Source: Eledone cirrhosa (lineage: Eukaryota). Taken from it: a stretch of DNA of 64,000 nt. This document shows positions 1-10,416 of this stretch, piece after piece (position 1 is the first letter of the stretch; the number at the start of each line of letters is the position of its first letter). The DNA is taken from assembly GCA_964016885.1 (NCBI GenBank), contig OZ024742.1:35402001-35466000 (forward strand), given 5' to 3'. Under the pieces are notes generated by a model. The model was not told the origin of the DNA and ran no database searches. It saw nothing but the letters and a program-made list of their open reading frames with translations. Made by a program: the position numbers and the translations under genes.

Positions 1-685
1 TGCTATAATGTTTCCTGTGATTCTCTAAAGTTTCTGTAAACAAACACACGAAACTGAATACGTTTCGACTTTATAGAATGACTTAAAAACTAAAAACATC
101 AACAAAGTCAACACCAGCACACGAAACAGATATGTAAATATTAGCTATTACTAATCATATTTACGTCAAATTTAGTTACAATATTCATAAAGACATTAAA
201 ACGAACTAGCCATCTTCCCAACTCATAATTTTCCCTGACTCTCTCATTTACCAGCACATCGTAAATATTAAGCAGACGATAGTTTAACTTTGGTAACAAC
301 TTATATTTCAATTAAAAATATGGTTGGCTTCTTCTCCCGCTGTCTCTTGATGTCTGTCTCTCCCTCTGTCTTACTATCCATCTCTGTCTGTCTGTTTGTC
401 TGTTTGTTTCTCTCTCTTACACATCATCTCTCTCTTACCCATGCACACACACTCTCTCGCTTACGCACACACTCTCTCTTATACACACACACTCTCTCTC
501 TTTCATTTTCGCTCTGTTTTCGTACTACACACGCACCAATTTCATAAATCTAAATATATTGGTAATAAAGCAGCTAAGTTCTATTGAGTCATAACATTCT
601 TGTACTCTTGTAGCCTTTTTTGTGCCGATTCGAATCTTGGAATAAGCTGCACAGGCATAATCCTCTATTTGTACTCCTCTATCTG

Positions 686-803
<118 letters not shown>

Positions 804-1713
804 CCTCTCTCTTTCTGTCTCTCAGACTCTTTTCTCCCCCCACCCTCTCTCTCTCACACACACACATATATATATATACATATTTCCGCCTTTCGTTCTT
901 TTCTCTTTTCTCTCCCATTTTTTCCAATAAAGGACTTACATCCGAAACAACAAAGCCTTTCTATTTCTCAGAATGTGAACCTGAACTAAATTTAAGCTCA
1001 GTCTACAGCTGATATTACATCTGACCCATTTACGTGGATGACATTGATAGTTGCCATTTCTTCGCGTCAAAAAAAAAAAAAATCATTTGGCGTATTTATT
1101 TGCTTGTGTTCTATCGGGAATATGAAAACACGTTTTTATTGCCCAGTCAGTATTTCAATTAACCTATATATATAGTCCAAGAATAAACATGACAAACACA
1201 GAGATGCAAAAACAAAGTCTTATCACTTTCACGCTTGGGAATGAAAATAAAGAAATAAGGAAATTAATAAAGGTTTCAACGTATCGGACACAAGTCCTTC
1301 ATCATAAAAAAGGAAAGTTCAGAGAGAGAGGGAGAGAGAGAGGAGGTTGGAAAAACGGAAGCTGGAAGGCTAGAGGAAAAGAAATAAAGACATTTTTTTC
1401 TGATGAGTAAGGAGGGTAGGTAAGTAGTCCGATGTGGAGGCCGAGGTAAAGGGTTCAGTTGTGTCATGGTTCTGTTACGTGTGCGCAGATGGAGTGCATG
1501 TAGTGGGTGTGCATGTCATTGATAGTATTTCTCCTTTGTGTGTGAGTGTTTTGTGTACCACTAATAGAAATGTGCATGTGGCTGTATATAAACGTGTCTG
1601 ACTGTCTCAATGTTTTATGCATTTGTGTGTGTGTATGTTTATGTATGAGTGCGTGTGTGGGAGTGTGCGTGTGTGTGTATATAGTGTGTTTGTGAATTTT
1701 TAATGTATTTTTA

Positions 1714-1745
<32 letters not shown>

Positions 1746-2037
1746 TAATCGCTTGAGTGTGTGCGTTCGTTTTTGTATAACTGTGGGAGGGGATGTGTTT
1801 ATGGGGGTTATCAGCGTGCGTGTGTTTATGTGGTTAGTAGTGTGTGTATATGAATGTGTTTATGCGTGTGTCTGCATAAGTTTGTATGACTCTTTGTCAT
1901 AGATACATACATACATACACACACACACACATACACCCTCAGCCTCACACCTATTATTATTGGGCTACAAGATAGATACCAACTCGCCAAGACCAAAGTA
2001 TGACTTGGTTGTGCGGCAAAAGACCTTACAACCTTAA

Positions 2038-2217
2038 ATTGGCAGTATCGGTAGAGGCTCGGACGCCATGCTTTCCAGCATAGTTACGTCCCTTTACGAT
2101 CTGAGTTCAAATCCCGCCGAGGTTGACTTTACCTTTCATCCTTACGGGGTCGATAAAATAAAGTACCAGTAATGCACTGGGTAATTGCTGGCCTTGTGCC
2201 TAAAAGTAGAAACAATT
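2038..2217 (+). mobile_element. tRNA-derived SINE family 1 (Meta-domain-like body)
   Basis: A-box-like TGGCAGTATCGG, B box GAGTTCAAATCC, body CTTTCATCCTTACGGGGTCGATAAA, AAT-rich tail; many copies in the window. Confidence 0.85.
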
Positions 2218-2221
2218 AATA

Positions 2222-2376
2222 AACTACAAATAGCCGTGATATCTGGAACCTTCAACATCAATAAAACGATTCACGATTGCGCAAGGGACGATGAAAATTT
2301 TCTTTTCTTTACAATCTTGCCACCAGGAAGGTGGCTGCTCAAAAATAAACTAAAAATTAAGAAAATGAGAGCAACA
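2222..2376 (+). mobile_element. R4/Dong-like retrotransposon, 3' end fragment
   Basis: Diverged copy of 4370-4515 including the GCCACC-AGGAA-GGTGGC hairpin; followed by (CA)/(TACA)n. Confidence 0.75.
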
Positions 2377-2599
2377 ATCACACACACACGCACACATAGA
2401 TACATACACACACACACATACATACACACATACACATATACATACATACATAAATACATACATACATACATACATAAATACATACATACATACATACATA
2501 CATACATACATACATACATACATACACACATACTAATAAAATACCTACTAACTAATAAAATGATTCAAGAAAAAAACAACAAAGAATCGCAGAAACATG

Positions 2600-4515
2600 A
2601 ATGTGGTGTGGCTGGACTATCAAAAGCATTTGATAGTGTACCTTATGGGTGGATTGTTAAGGCTTTACAGTTAGCCAAAGTCCCACAACCACTGGTAGCT
2701 GCTGTTGAACGTCTGACCAAGAACTGGTACACCAATTTGATCCTTAGAGGTGAGAAGGAGCAAGTTAAGACTGATAAGATACATTACCAGAAGGGCATCT
2801 TTCAGGGTGATAGCTTGTCAGTGCTACTATTCGTTCTCTCACTAAATCCACTATCTTACCTACTCAGGAAACAAGGTGGACAAAGAAGTGGGTCCAGAAG
2901 TATCTCCCATCTTTTCTTTGTTGATGACCTGAAGTTGTACGGGCCAAATATCAATGACATCAAGAAACAATTGGACCTCATTACACAATTTTCAACAGAC
3001 ATCAAAATGAAATTTGGTGAGTCCAAGTGAGCATATTTGGCAGTAAAACGTGGAAGAGCTGTGCCCTCCTCTAGAAATCTAGAGATGAACGGCCTGACAA
3101 TACAACCTCTACAGTCAGGTGACAACTACAGATATCTTGGACAGGATGAGAATGTCAGATATGATGGACCCATAAATAAGGAGGGAACCAGAACTGAATA
3201 CCTCAGAAGAATAAAGAAAATATGGTCATCAGAACTGTCAGCGTACAAAAAATACATTGCCCACAATACTTATGCTGTGCTAATTCTAACGCCAACATTT
3301 GGCCTGCTGAACTGGTCATTGCAAGAACTAAGTGAAATGGATGTTACAACTCGCAAACTTCTCAGTGTTACTGGGAGCTTTAACATCAATGGTGATGTGG
3401 ATAGGCTATACTTCTAACGCAAGGAAGGTGGCCGGGGTCTAAAATCCATATTAACATCATATGAGACCCGGATAGTAACACTGAAGCAACATCTTCAACA
3501 GAGGAAAAAGGTTGGAAACCATCTTGCCCAGGTTTATGAGTATGAAAAAAAAAATATCATTAGAATAGCCACTGATCTGGAGGAGAGATATGGAATAAAG
3601 CCTGATATAAATCTCTCACCCAGAGAAATCGGAAGATCCTATTCAATGTTCAAACAAGATGAAAAAATTGACCAATTTACAGAAAAAGTTGTGCATGGAT
3701 ACTTGAGACCATAGAGGGGATAAACCACTCAAAAAGCCTGGATGGAGTTCCGACAAGTTTATGACATCACACCTTGAGGGATATCTCTATGCAACACAGG
3801 AACAAGAACTCCCTACCAAATATCTGCTGCACAAAAGAGGAGGGCCAGCAGCTGACAATAAATGTAGGCTATGTAAAACAAAGATCGAGGATGTAAGCCA
3901 CATTGTTGCCAGCTGCGAAAGAATGTCATCTCGCTACTACCTCCCTATGAGACACGATGGGATAGCTAGAACCATCTGGAACGCACTTCGGAAAACAAAA
4001 TTAGCAACAAACGAGGAAGAATATATTGAGACAGATGGCACTAAGGAATACTGCCGGAACCTGAAAATAAAAACTGCCACCAAATTAAAGCACAACTGGC
4101 CTGATATTGTTGTTTGGGACCACACATTGAAAACGTGTTCTGTTGTGGAGATCAGCTGCCCACTTGATGTAAACGTTGTCATAAAAATACAGGAGAAGGA
4201 GGACATCTCCGGACCATTGATGAGGAGTTTACAAATCCATTATCCAAGATACACCTTTAGCTTCATACCCATCATTATTGGAGCTACAGGTTTTATACCA
4301 ACCCGCTTGGACCAAAGTATGACTGAACTTGGATTTGAGGACAAAGAGCGCAGCTCCCTAATTCATAGTCTACAAATGGCTGCGATAGATGGCACCTTCA
4401 AAATTTGCAAAACATTTTTGCGATTCAAGGGATGACAATTTCTTTTCTTTTACAACCTTGCCACCAGGAAGGTGGCCGGTCAAATAAATATACTCGAAAT
4501 TAAGAGAAAGAGATA
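2600..4515 (+). mobile_element. 5'-truncated RLE non-LTR retrotransposon (R4/Dong-like), pseudogenised
   Basis: RT motifs KAFDSV, GIFQGDSLS, FVDD, YRYLG, GGRGL; CCHC knuckle CRLC...H...C; RHD and PD...EISCP restriction-like endonuclease; stops and frameshifts; (TACA)n on both sides. Confidence 0.9.
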
Positions 4516-4537
4516 ACATACATACATAAATACATAC

Positions 4538-4887
4538 ATGGCGGCTGCCAACTCGTTTTCGAGTACGGCCACTACTTTATATCCATGTAGGAGAACCCCT
4601 ACCGATGCACTGAACGAGTGTGACTTTTTAGTCCAGCCAGCGACTTGAAAACTCTGGTACAAACACTATACTTGTGACAATTATTGACATATAGTGCTGG
4701 GCCCATGGTACCATGTGACGACAAGTGCAGAGAGATCTCCAGATACAAAGCAATGCCTGTGCCGTGAAACTTTTATAGTTAACCAAGATGATATTTACCA
4801 AAAAGAACAAGTCAACATCATTGGATACCATCAGGGTTGCAGGTGTTATATCAGAGTTTTCCTTCTCCTAGAATTCTGTCTTGACAA
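4538..4887 (-). mobile_element. Non-autonomous RTE-derived element, family B (partial)
   Basis: Near-identical to 14945-15330 and 41787-42170; contains the RTE 5'UTR motif CTAGGAGAAGG; ends in a (TGTA)n tail. Confidence 0.8.
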
Positions 4888-4907
4888 ATACATACATACA
4901 TATAAAC

Positions 4908-5268
4908 ATCTGTTGTAGAGATCAACTGCCCAGTTGATGTAAACGTTGTAAGAAAAATAAAAGAGAAGCAGGACATATACGGGCCATTGATGAGGAGTTT
5001 GCAGATCCAGTATCCAAGATAAACCTTCAGCTTCATACCCATCATTATTGGAGCTACAGGTCCGCCTGGACCAAAGTATAATTGAACTTGGATTTGTGGG
5101 CAAAGAGTGAAGCTCCCTAATTCATAGACTACGAATGGCTGTGATAGCTGGCACCTCCAAAATTTGTAAAACATTCTTGAAATTCAAGGGATGACAATTT
5201 CTTTTCTTTTACAACCAGGAAGGTGGCCGGTCAAAAATGTACTCGAAATTAAGAGAAAGAGAAATATA
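4908..5268 (+). mobile_element. R4/Dong-like 3' fragment
   Basis: Diverged duplicate of 4140-4515 (endonuclease end plus 3'UTR), flanked by TACA repeats. Confidence 0.85.
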
Positions 5269-5780
5269 CATACACACATACAAACAAACATAGCTGTTTC
5301 TAAAATTGGTTGCATTATAATTAATGTACTGTATATATGTATTTACGTATTTATGTAAATTATACACCACTATTCATATTACATGCACAACCCGGTTACA
5401 ATGGGAGAATATGTCCCCGAGGAAAAGATATGGGACCGCAAGTACACACTGCACCGTTTCAATGCCATTCACTAAACAGTTACAGCGGGTTAACAGAATA
5501 CTGATGAATGCGTATTTATGAAAACATTAACCATTGTTTTCCAGGGCGTATACAGAACACCGGTCGGTTATATATATGTGTGGTGGGGTATGTGTGAGGG
5601 TGTGTGTGTCTGTGTGCGTATGTGTCTGCGTGTTTGTGTGTCTGTGTGCGTATGTGTGTGTGCGTGTGTGTGCGTGTAATATGTAGATTCTTTAGGTGTG
5701 TCGGGGGTAACCACAGTTTACAAGTTACTCAATACATTGGTAGAGTATCAGCATCTTAACAATATATATAGCAATGACTT

Positions 5781-5827
5781 CTACAGGACCAGAATGGTTT
5801 CATTCATATGAAATCATCAGGAATGTA
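5781..5827 (-). ncRNA. Minimal type I hammerhead ribozyme
   Basis: Minus strand: tacattc CTGATGA t ttca ta tgaa t GAAA cca ttc tgg TC ctgta; full core, stem II, stem III and GUC triplet; stem I imperfect. Confidence 0.7.
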
Positions 5828-5885
5828 AAGGACATTTATATAAATGTAACAGTTCTAGTCTTTTGGAAGTCACCTCTTCCTCTCT

Positions 5886-5958
<73 letters not shown>

Positions 5959-6044
5959 GTAGGAGGTGAGTTTTATTGTAGTACAATAAAGCAATGCAGA
6001 TATCGGATAAGAAGCACTCTACAGTTTGTAGGACTGGAGTATAC

Positions 6045-6277
6045 ATAATATAAGATCAAAAGATGGTTAAAGGAGTTCCATGTATTTTATTATGCGCATT
6101 TCAAAAACAAACATCATCATGCAATAATATTTGTGTTTTTATCAATAATATTTTATCAATAATATTTGTGTTCTCCTGTTTTATCTGATAAAAACAGAAA
6201 TATTATTGCATGATGATGTTTGTTTTTGAAATGCGCATAATAAAATACATAGAACTCCTTTAACCATCTTTTGATCT

Positions 6278-6285
<8 letters not shown>
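6045..6285. repeat. Tail-out foldback element with degenerate hammerheads
   Basis: About 88-bp inverted arms (6045-6132 / 6198-6285); each has aTGATGA...GAAA TGCGCA TA facing outward; ends in (TA)n. Confidence 0.8.
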
Positions 6286-6318
<33 letters not shown>

Positions 6319-6464
6319 TATAAATATATATATATATTTTTTTTTACATGAGGGTGGCCGACAGAGGTAGAAGTTGCTAAATTGCCGGTCGCCCCCCCCC
6401 CCCCCCCCGGCTCTGATTTTCAGCACCATGGATTTTATCTGTTATATTCCTTCGTTATATTTTG

Positions 6465-6525
6465 AATTACCTGATGATGTCACCGATTCATACTGAACCC
6501 AGTCATTGAAATGATCATAGTATAA
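6465..6525 (+). ncRNA. Hammerhead ribozyme (palindromic TGATCA stem III)
   Basis: ttac CTGATGA (6471)...GAAA TGATCA TA gtat; a second copy of the same family lies at 19473-19531 on the minus strand. Confidence 0.75.
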
Positions 6526-7016
6526 TAAACCTTTCAAGGATTTACACAAGTCCAGCCTCCTGTTATTTGATTTATAATTAACTCCGTACTCGCACCACCA
6601 ACTACACAAACGAAGACGGGTGAGTTGCATTACGTTGAGTGCTCTCCATAATATTAATCGAGGTTGACCACACGGAATGACCAGTTCTATCCAGTGGTGA
6701 ACCAACAAACCGAAATAAATAAATAAATAAATATATATATATATATATATATATAAATGGACTAGAATGAAACGTAATTTCATTTCTCACTCTTAGTACG
6801 GCAGTTACTTAAATGTAAGTATGTATGTATACCTACATACATATATGTATACAGACGTACAGTAGTATGTATATATATACATACATGCACACATATATAT
6901 ATGCACGCATCGGTTTACCGAACATTTATTATAATGCTATATATATATATATAAATATATATGTATGTATGGTAGGGTGGGTATATATGTATATATATAT
7001 GTATATATATATGTAT

Positions 7017-7047
<31 letters not shown>

Positions 7048-7058
7048 GACATGTTTTA

Positions 7059-7128
<70 letters not shown>

Positions 7129-7151
7129 ATGGTATGGCGGGTATATAATAT

Positions 7152-7345
7152 GTATATATATATATATATGTGAAGGTGCATGACTTAGTGGCTAACGATC
7201 GTAAGAATATATGTTTGATTCCTGACAGTGCGTTCTGTCCTCGAGTGCGTTCTGTCCTCGAGTGCGTTCTGTCCTCGAGTGCGTTCTGTCCTCGAGTACG
7301 ACACTTTATTTCACGTTACTTCTGTCTACTCGACGGGAAAACTAT
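7152..7345 (+). mobile_element. Degenerate tRNA-derived SINE family 2 with internal 17-bp tandem repeat x4
   Basis: Head resembles 55762; (AGTGCGTTCTGTCCTCG)x4 at about 7227-7296; continues into GACACTTTATTTCACGTT. Confidence 0.65.
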
Positions 7346-7603
7346 CGAGTTGTACTTGTAACTCAAATGGATGGCCTAGTCATTCACTTTCACACTGAAT
7401 CCACTTGAGAACAACGTTAAAGATATATGTCTGAGGAATACTCAACAACTTGCACGTGTATTTCACGAGAAGGATGTCGTCGGAACTGACATCGTTCTAA
7501 CAAACACACACGATGTATGTATGTATGTATGTATGTATGTATGTATGTATGTATGTATGTATGTATGTATGTATGTATGTATGTATGTATGTATGTATGT
7601 TAT

Positions 7604-8140
7604 GTCGGGTCACTCTTGAGTGCTACTGGTAACATGTAACCCAGTACAACCTGTCGCATGGTCGGGTCGTCGGCGACTAAACCGGCAACCCCACCGAGTT
7701 TACTTGGCGAGGAGAGTGATTTTGGACACTCTGCAGGACAAAAAACAAAACCTGACAAAGGGCGGAAGAACTCATAAGAGTCAACGGCCATCCAAAAGTG
7801 TGTAAATATGTATATAGACATGTACCGCCCGGTTAAACCATTGGGAGTGAAGGACCCCTAGCCTTTGTCTGGACATTCTTCTAGGAGAAGGCAACTCAGG
7901 AAACCGGGATAACTCCGATATAAAATCTGCGGCTAGAGTAATTTCCGATGATGTTGATCTTTTCTTCTTTTCAGGTTATAGCTACTGTCGCTCATAAAGT
8001 ATGATTGGCTCATGTAAAGTCTTTCTTCACTTTAAAAAATATCTTCACGCACAGGCATTGCAGGATGGAATTAATTAATAATTATTAATAATAGTATATC
8101 GTGCAATGGCCTTACTCGATAACGAGGGGGCAGCCATCAT
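7604..8140 (+). mobile_element. Non-autonomous RTE-derived bipartite element, family A
   Basis: Shares the 5'UTR of the RTE at 10417 fused directly to its 3' terminus TCGTGCAATGGCC..CTCGATAACGAGGGGGCAGCCATC; (TGTA)n on both sides. Confidence 0.88.
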
Positions 8141-8231
8141 GTATGTATTTATGTATGTATGTATGTATGTATGTATGTATGTATGTATGTATGTATGTAT
8201 GTATGTGTGTGTGTATGTATGTATGTGTGTA

Positions 8232-9283
8232 TTATATCTTTCTCTTAATTTCGAGTATATTTTTGACCGGCCAACTTCCTGGTGGCAAGGTTGTAAAAGA
8301 AAAGAAATTGTCATCCCTTGAATCGCAAGAATGTTTTGCAAATTTTGAAGGTGCCAGCTATCGCAGCCATTTGTAGACTATGAATTAGGGAGCTGCGCTT
8401 TTTGTCAGCAAATCCAAGTTCAGTCATACTTTGGTCTAAGCGGGTTGGTATATAACCCGTAGCTCCAATAATGATGGGTATGAAGCTAAAGGTGTATCTT
8501 GGATAATGGATTTGTAAACTCCTCATCAATGGTCCGTAGATGTCCTCCTCCTGTATTTTTCTGACAACGTTTACATCAAGTGGGCAGCTGATCTCCACAA
8601 CAGAACACGTTTTCAATGTGTGGTCCCAAACAACAATATCAGGCCGGTGTGCTTTAATTTGGTGGCAGTTTTTATTTTCAGGTTCCACCAGTATTCCTTA
8701 GTGCCATCTGTCTCAATATATTCCTCCTCGTTTGTTGTTAATTTTGTTCTCCGAAGTGCGTTCCAGATGGTTCTAGCTATCCCATCGTGTCTCATGGGGA
8801 GGTAGTAGCGAGATGACATTCTTTCGCAGCTGGCAACAATGTGGCTTACATCCTCGATCTTTGTTTTACATAGCCTACATTTATTGTCAGCTGCTGGCCC
8901 TCCTCTTTTGTGCAGCAGATATTTGGTAGGGAGTTCTTGTTCCTGTATTGCATAGAGATATCCCTCAAGGTGTGATGTCATAAACTTGTCGGAACTCCAT
9001 GCCAGGCTTTTTGAGTGATTTATCCCCTCTATGGTCTGTGTTTTACGCCTCAAGTATCCATGCACAATTTTTTCTGTAAATTGGTCAATTTTTTTATCTT
9101 GTTTGAACATTGAATAGGATCTTCCGATTTCTCTGGGTGAGAGATTTATATCAGGCTTTATTCCATATCTCTCCTCCAGATCAGTGGCTATTCTAATGAT
9201 ATTTTGTTTTTCATGCTCATAAACCTGGGCAAGATGGTTGCCAACCTTTTTCCTCTGTTGAAGGTGTTGCTTCAGTATTACTA
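8232..9283 (-). mobile_element. R4/Dong-like 5'-truncated copy
   Basis: ORFs 8613-9110 and 8311-8688 are near-identical to 3480-4515 (CCHC, RHD, HRPD); embedded in (TGTA)n. Confidence 0.9.
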
Positions 9284-9387
9284 GTATGTATGTATGTATG
9301 TATGTATGTACGTATGTATGTATGTATGTATGTATGTATGTATGTATGTATGTATGTATGTATGTACGTATGTATGTATGTATGTAA

Positions 9388-9709
9388 AACCCGATCGCGC
9401 GGTTAAACCACTGGGAGTGAAGGACCCCTAGCCTTTCTCAGGGCATTCTTCTAGGAGAAGGCAACTCAGGAAACTGGGATAACTCCGATATAAAACCTGC
9501 GGCTCAGTAATTACCGATGATCTTGATCATTTCTTCTTTTCGGGTTATAGCTACTGTCGCTCAGAGAGTGGGATTGGCTCAGTGCACAATCATTCCTCAC
9601 TTTAAAATATATCTACACGCACAGGCATTACACGATAGACTTAATTGACAATTATTAATAATGGTATATCGTGCAATGCCATACTCGATAACGAGGGGGC
9701 AGCCATTAT
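9388..9709 (+). mobile_element. RTE-derived family A (5'-truncated)
   Basis: Same 5'UTR plus 3' terminus fusion as 7604-8140; (TGTA)n tail. Confidence 0.85.
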
Positions 9710-9924
9710 GCATGTATGTATGTATGTATGTATGTATGTATGTATGTATGTATGTATGTATGTATGAGGGAGCTTATAGATAGGACAAAAAAAACAACTC
9801 AAAATAACAAAACACACACGCACACAACACAACAACAACATCAACTGCCAGCACCATCACCACTACCGCCGCCGCCATCACCATCACCAGCGACCGGGCC
9901 TTAATAAAACAACTTTAATAATAA

Positions 9925-10072
9925 TTTTTCTGCTTTTGGCACGGATCCAGCGACTGTCCCAGCACATCACTGGTACTCTCTTTTGTTGACTCCGTGGGGA
10001 TGAAAGGCAAGGTTGACCTCGGCGGGATTTGAGCTCAGAGCGTGGAGGGCCGTGACTCTATGCTGTAAAGCA
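9925..10072 (-). mobile_element. SINE family 1 (degenerate)
   Basis: GGATGAAAGGCAAGGTTGACCTCGGCGGGATTTGAGCTCAG is the reverse complement of the SINE1 core. Confidence 0.7.
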
Positions 10073-10173
10073 ATTATAATAATACTGGACTGTAGTACGA
10101 TCGGCTTCAACTATACAAACTCTTGAAAGTCAACAGTTGACATAATCTTGTAATCTTGTATCAGTAATGACGG

Positions 10174-10279
<106 letters not shown>

Positions 10280-10416
10280 ATGTGTGTGTAAGTGAGTAGA
10301 GTAGCGTGTGTGTGTTTGTTTGTATGTATGAGTGTTGCTGTGTGCGCGCATATGTATGCGCGTGTGTGTATGTCGTACGTATAAGTGTTAATAAGTGATT
10401 TATTTATTTTTTTTTT

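Noticed and set aside
1-34. Possible minus-strand exon start at the window edge (tttgtttacag|AAAC)
   Set aside because: The phase needed after TM1 hits TAG within 10 codons; too short to support.
3028-3030. In-frame TGA at a Cys position of the Dong RT as selenocysteine
   Set aside because: The same copy has a TAA stop and frameshifts, so ordinary decay explains it.
5495-5545. CTGATGA...GAAA hammerhead-like match
   Set aside because: Stems I and II are weak; cannot be distinguished from chance in AT-rich DNA.
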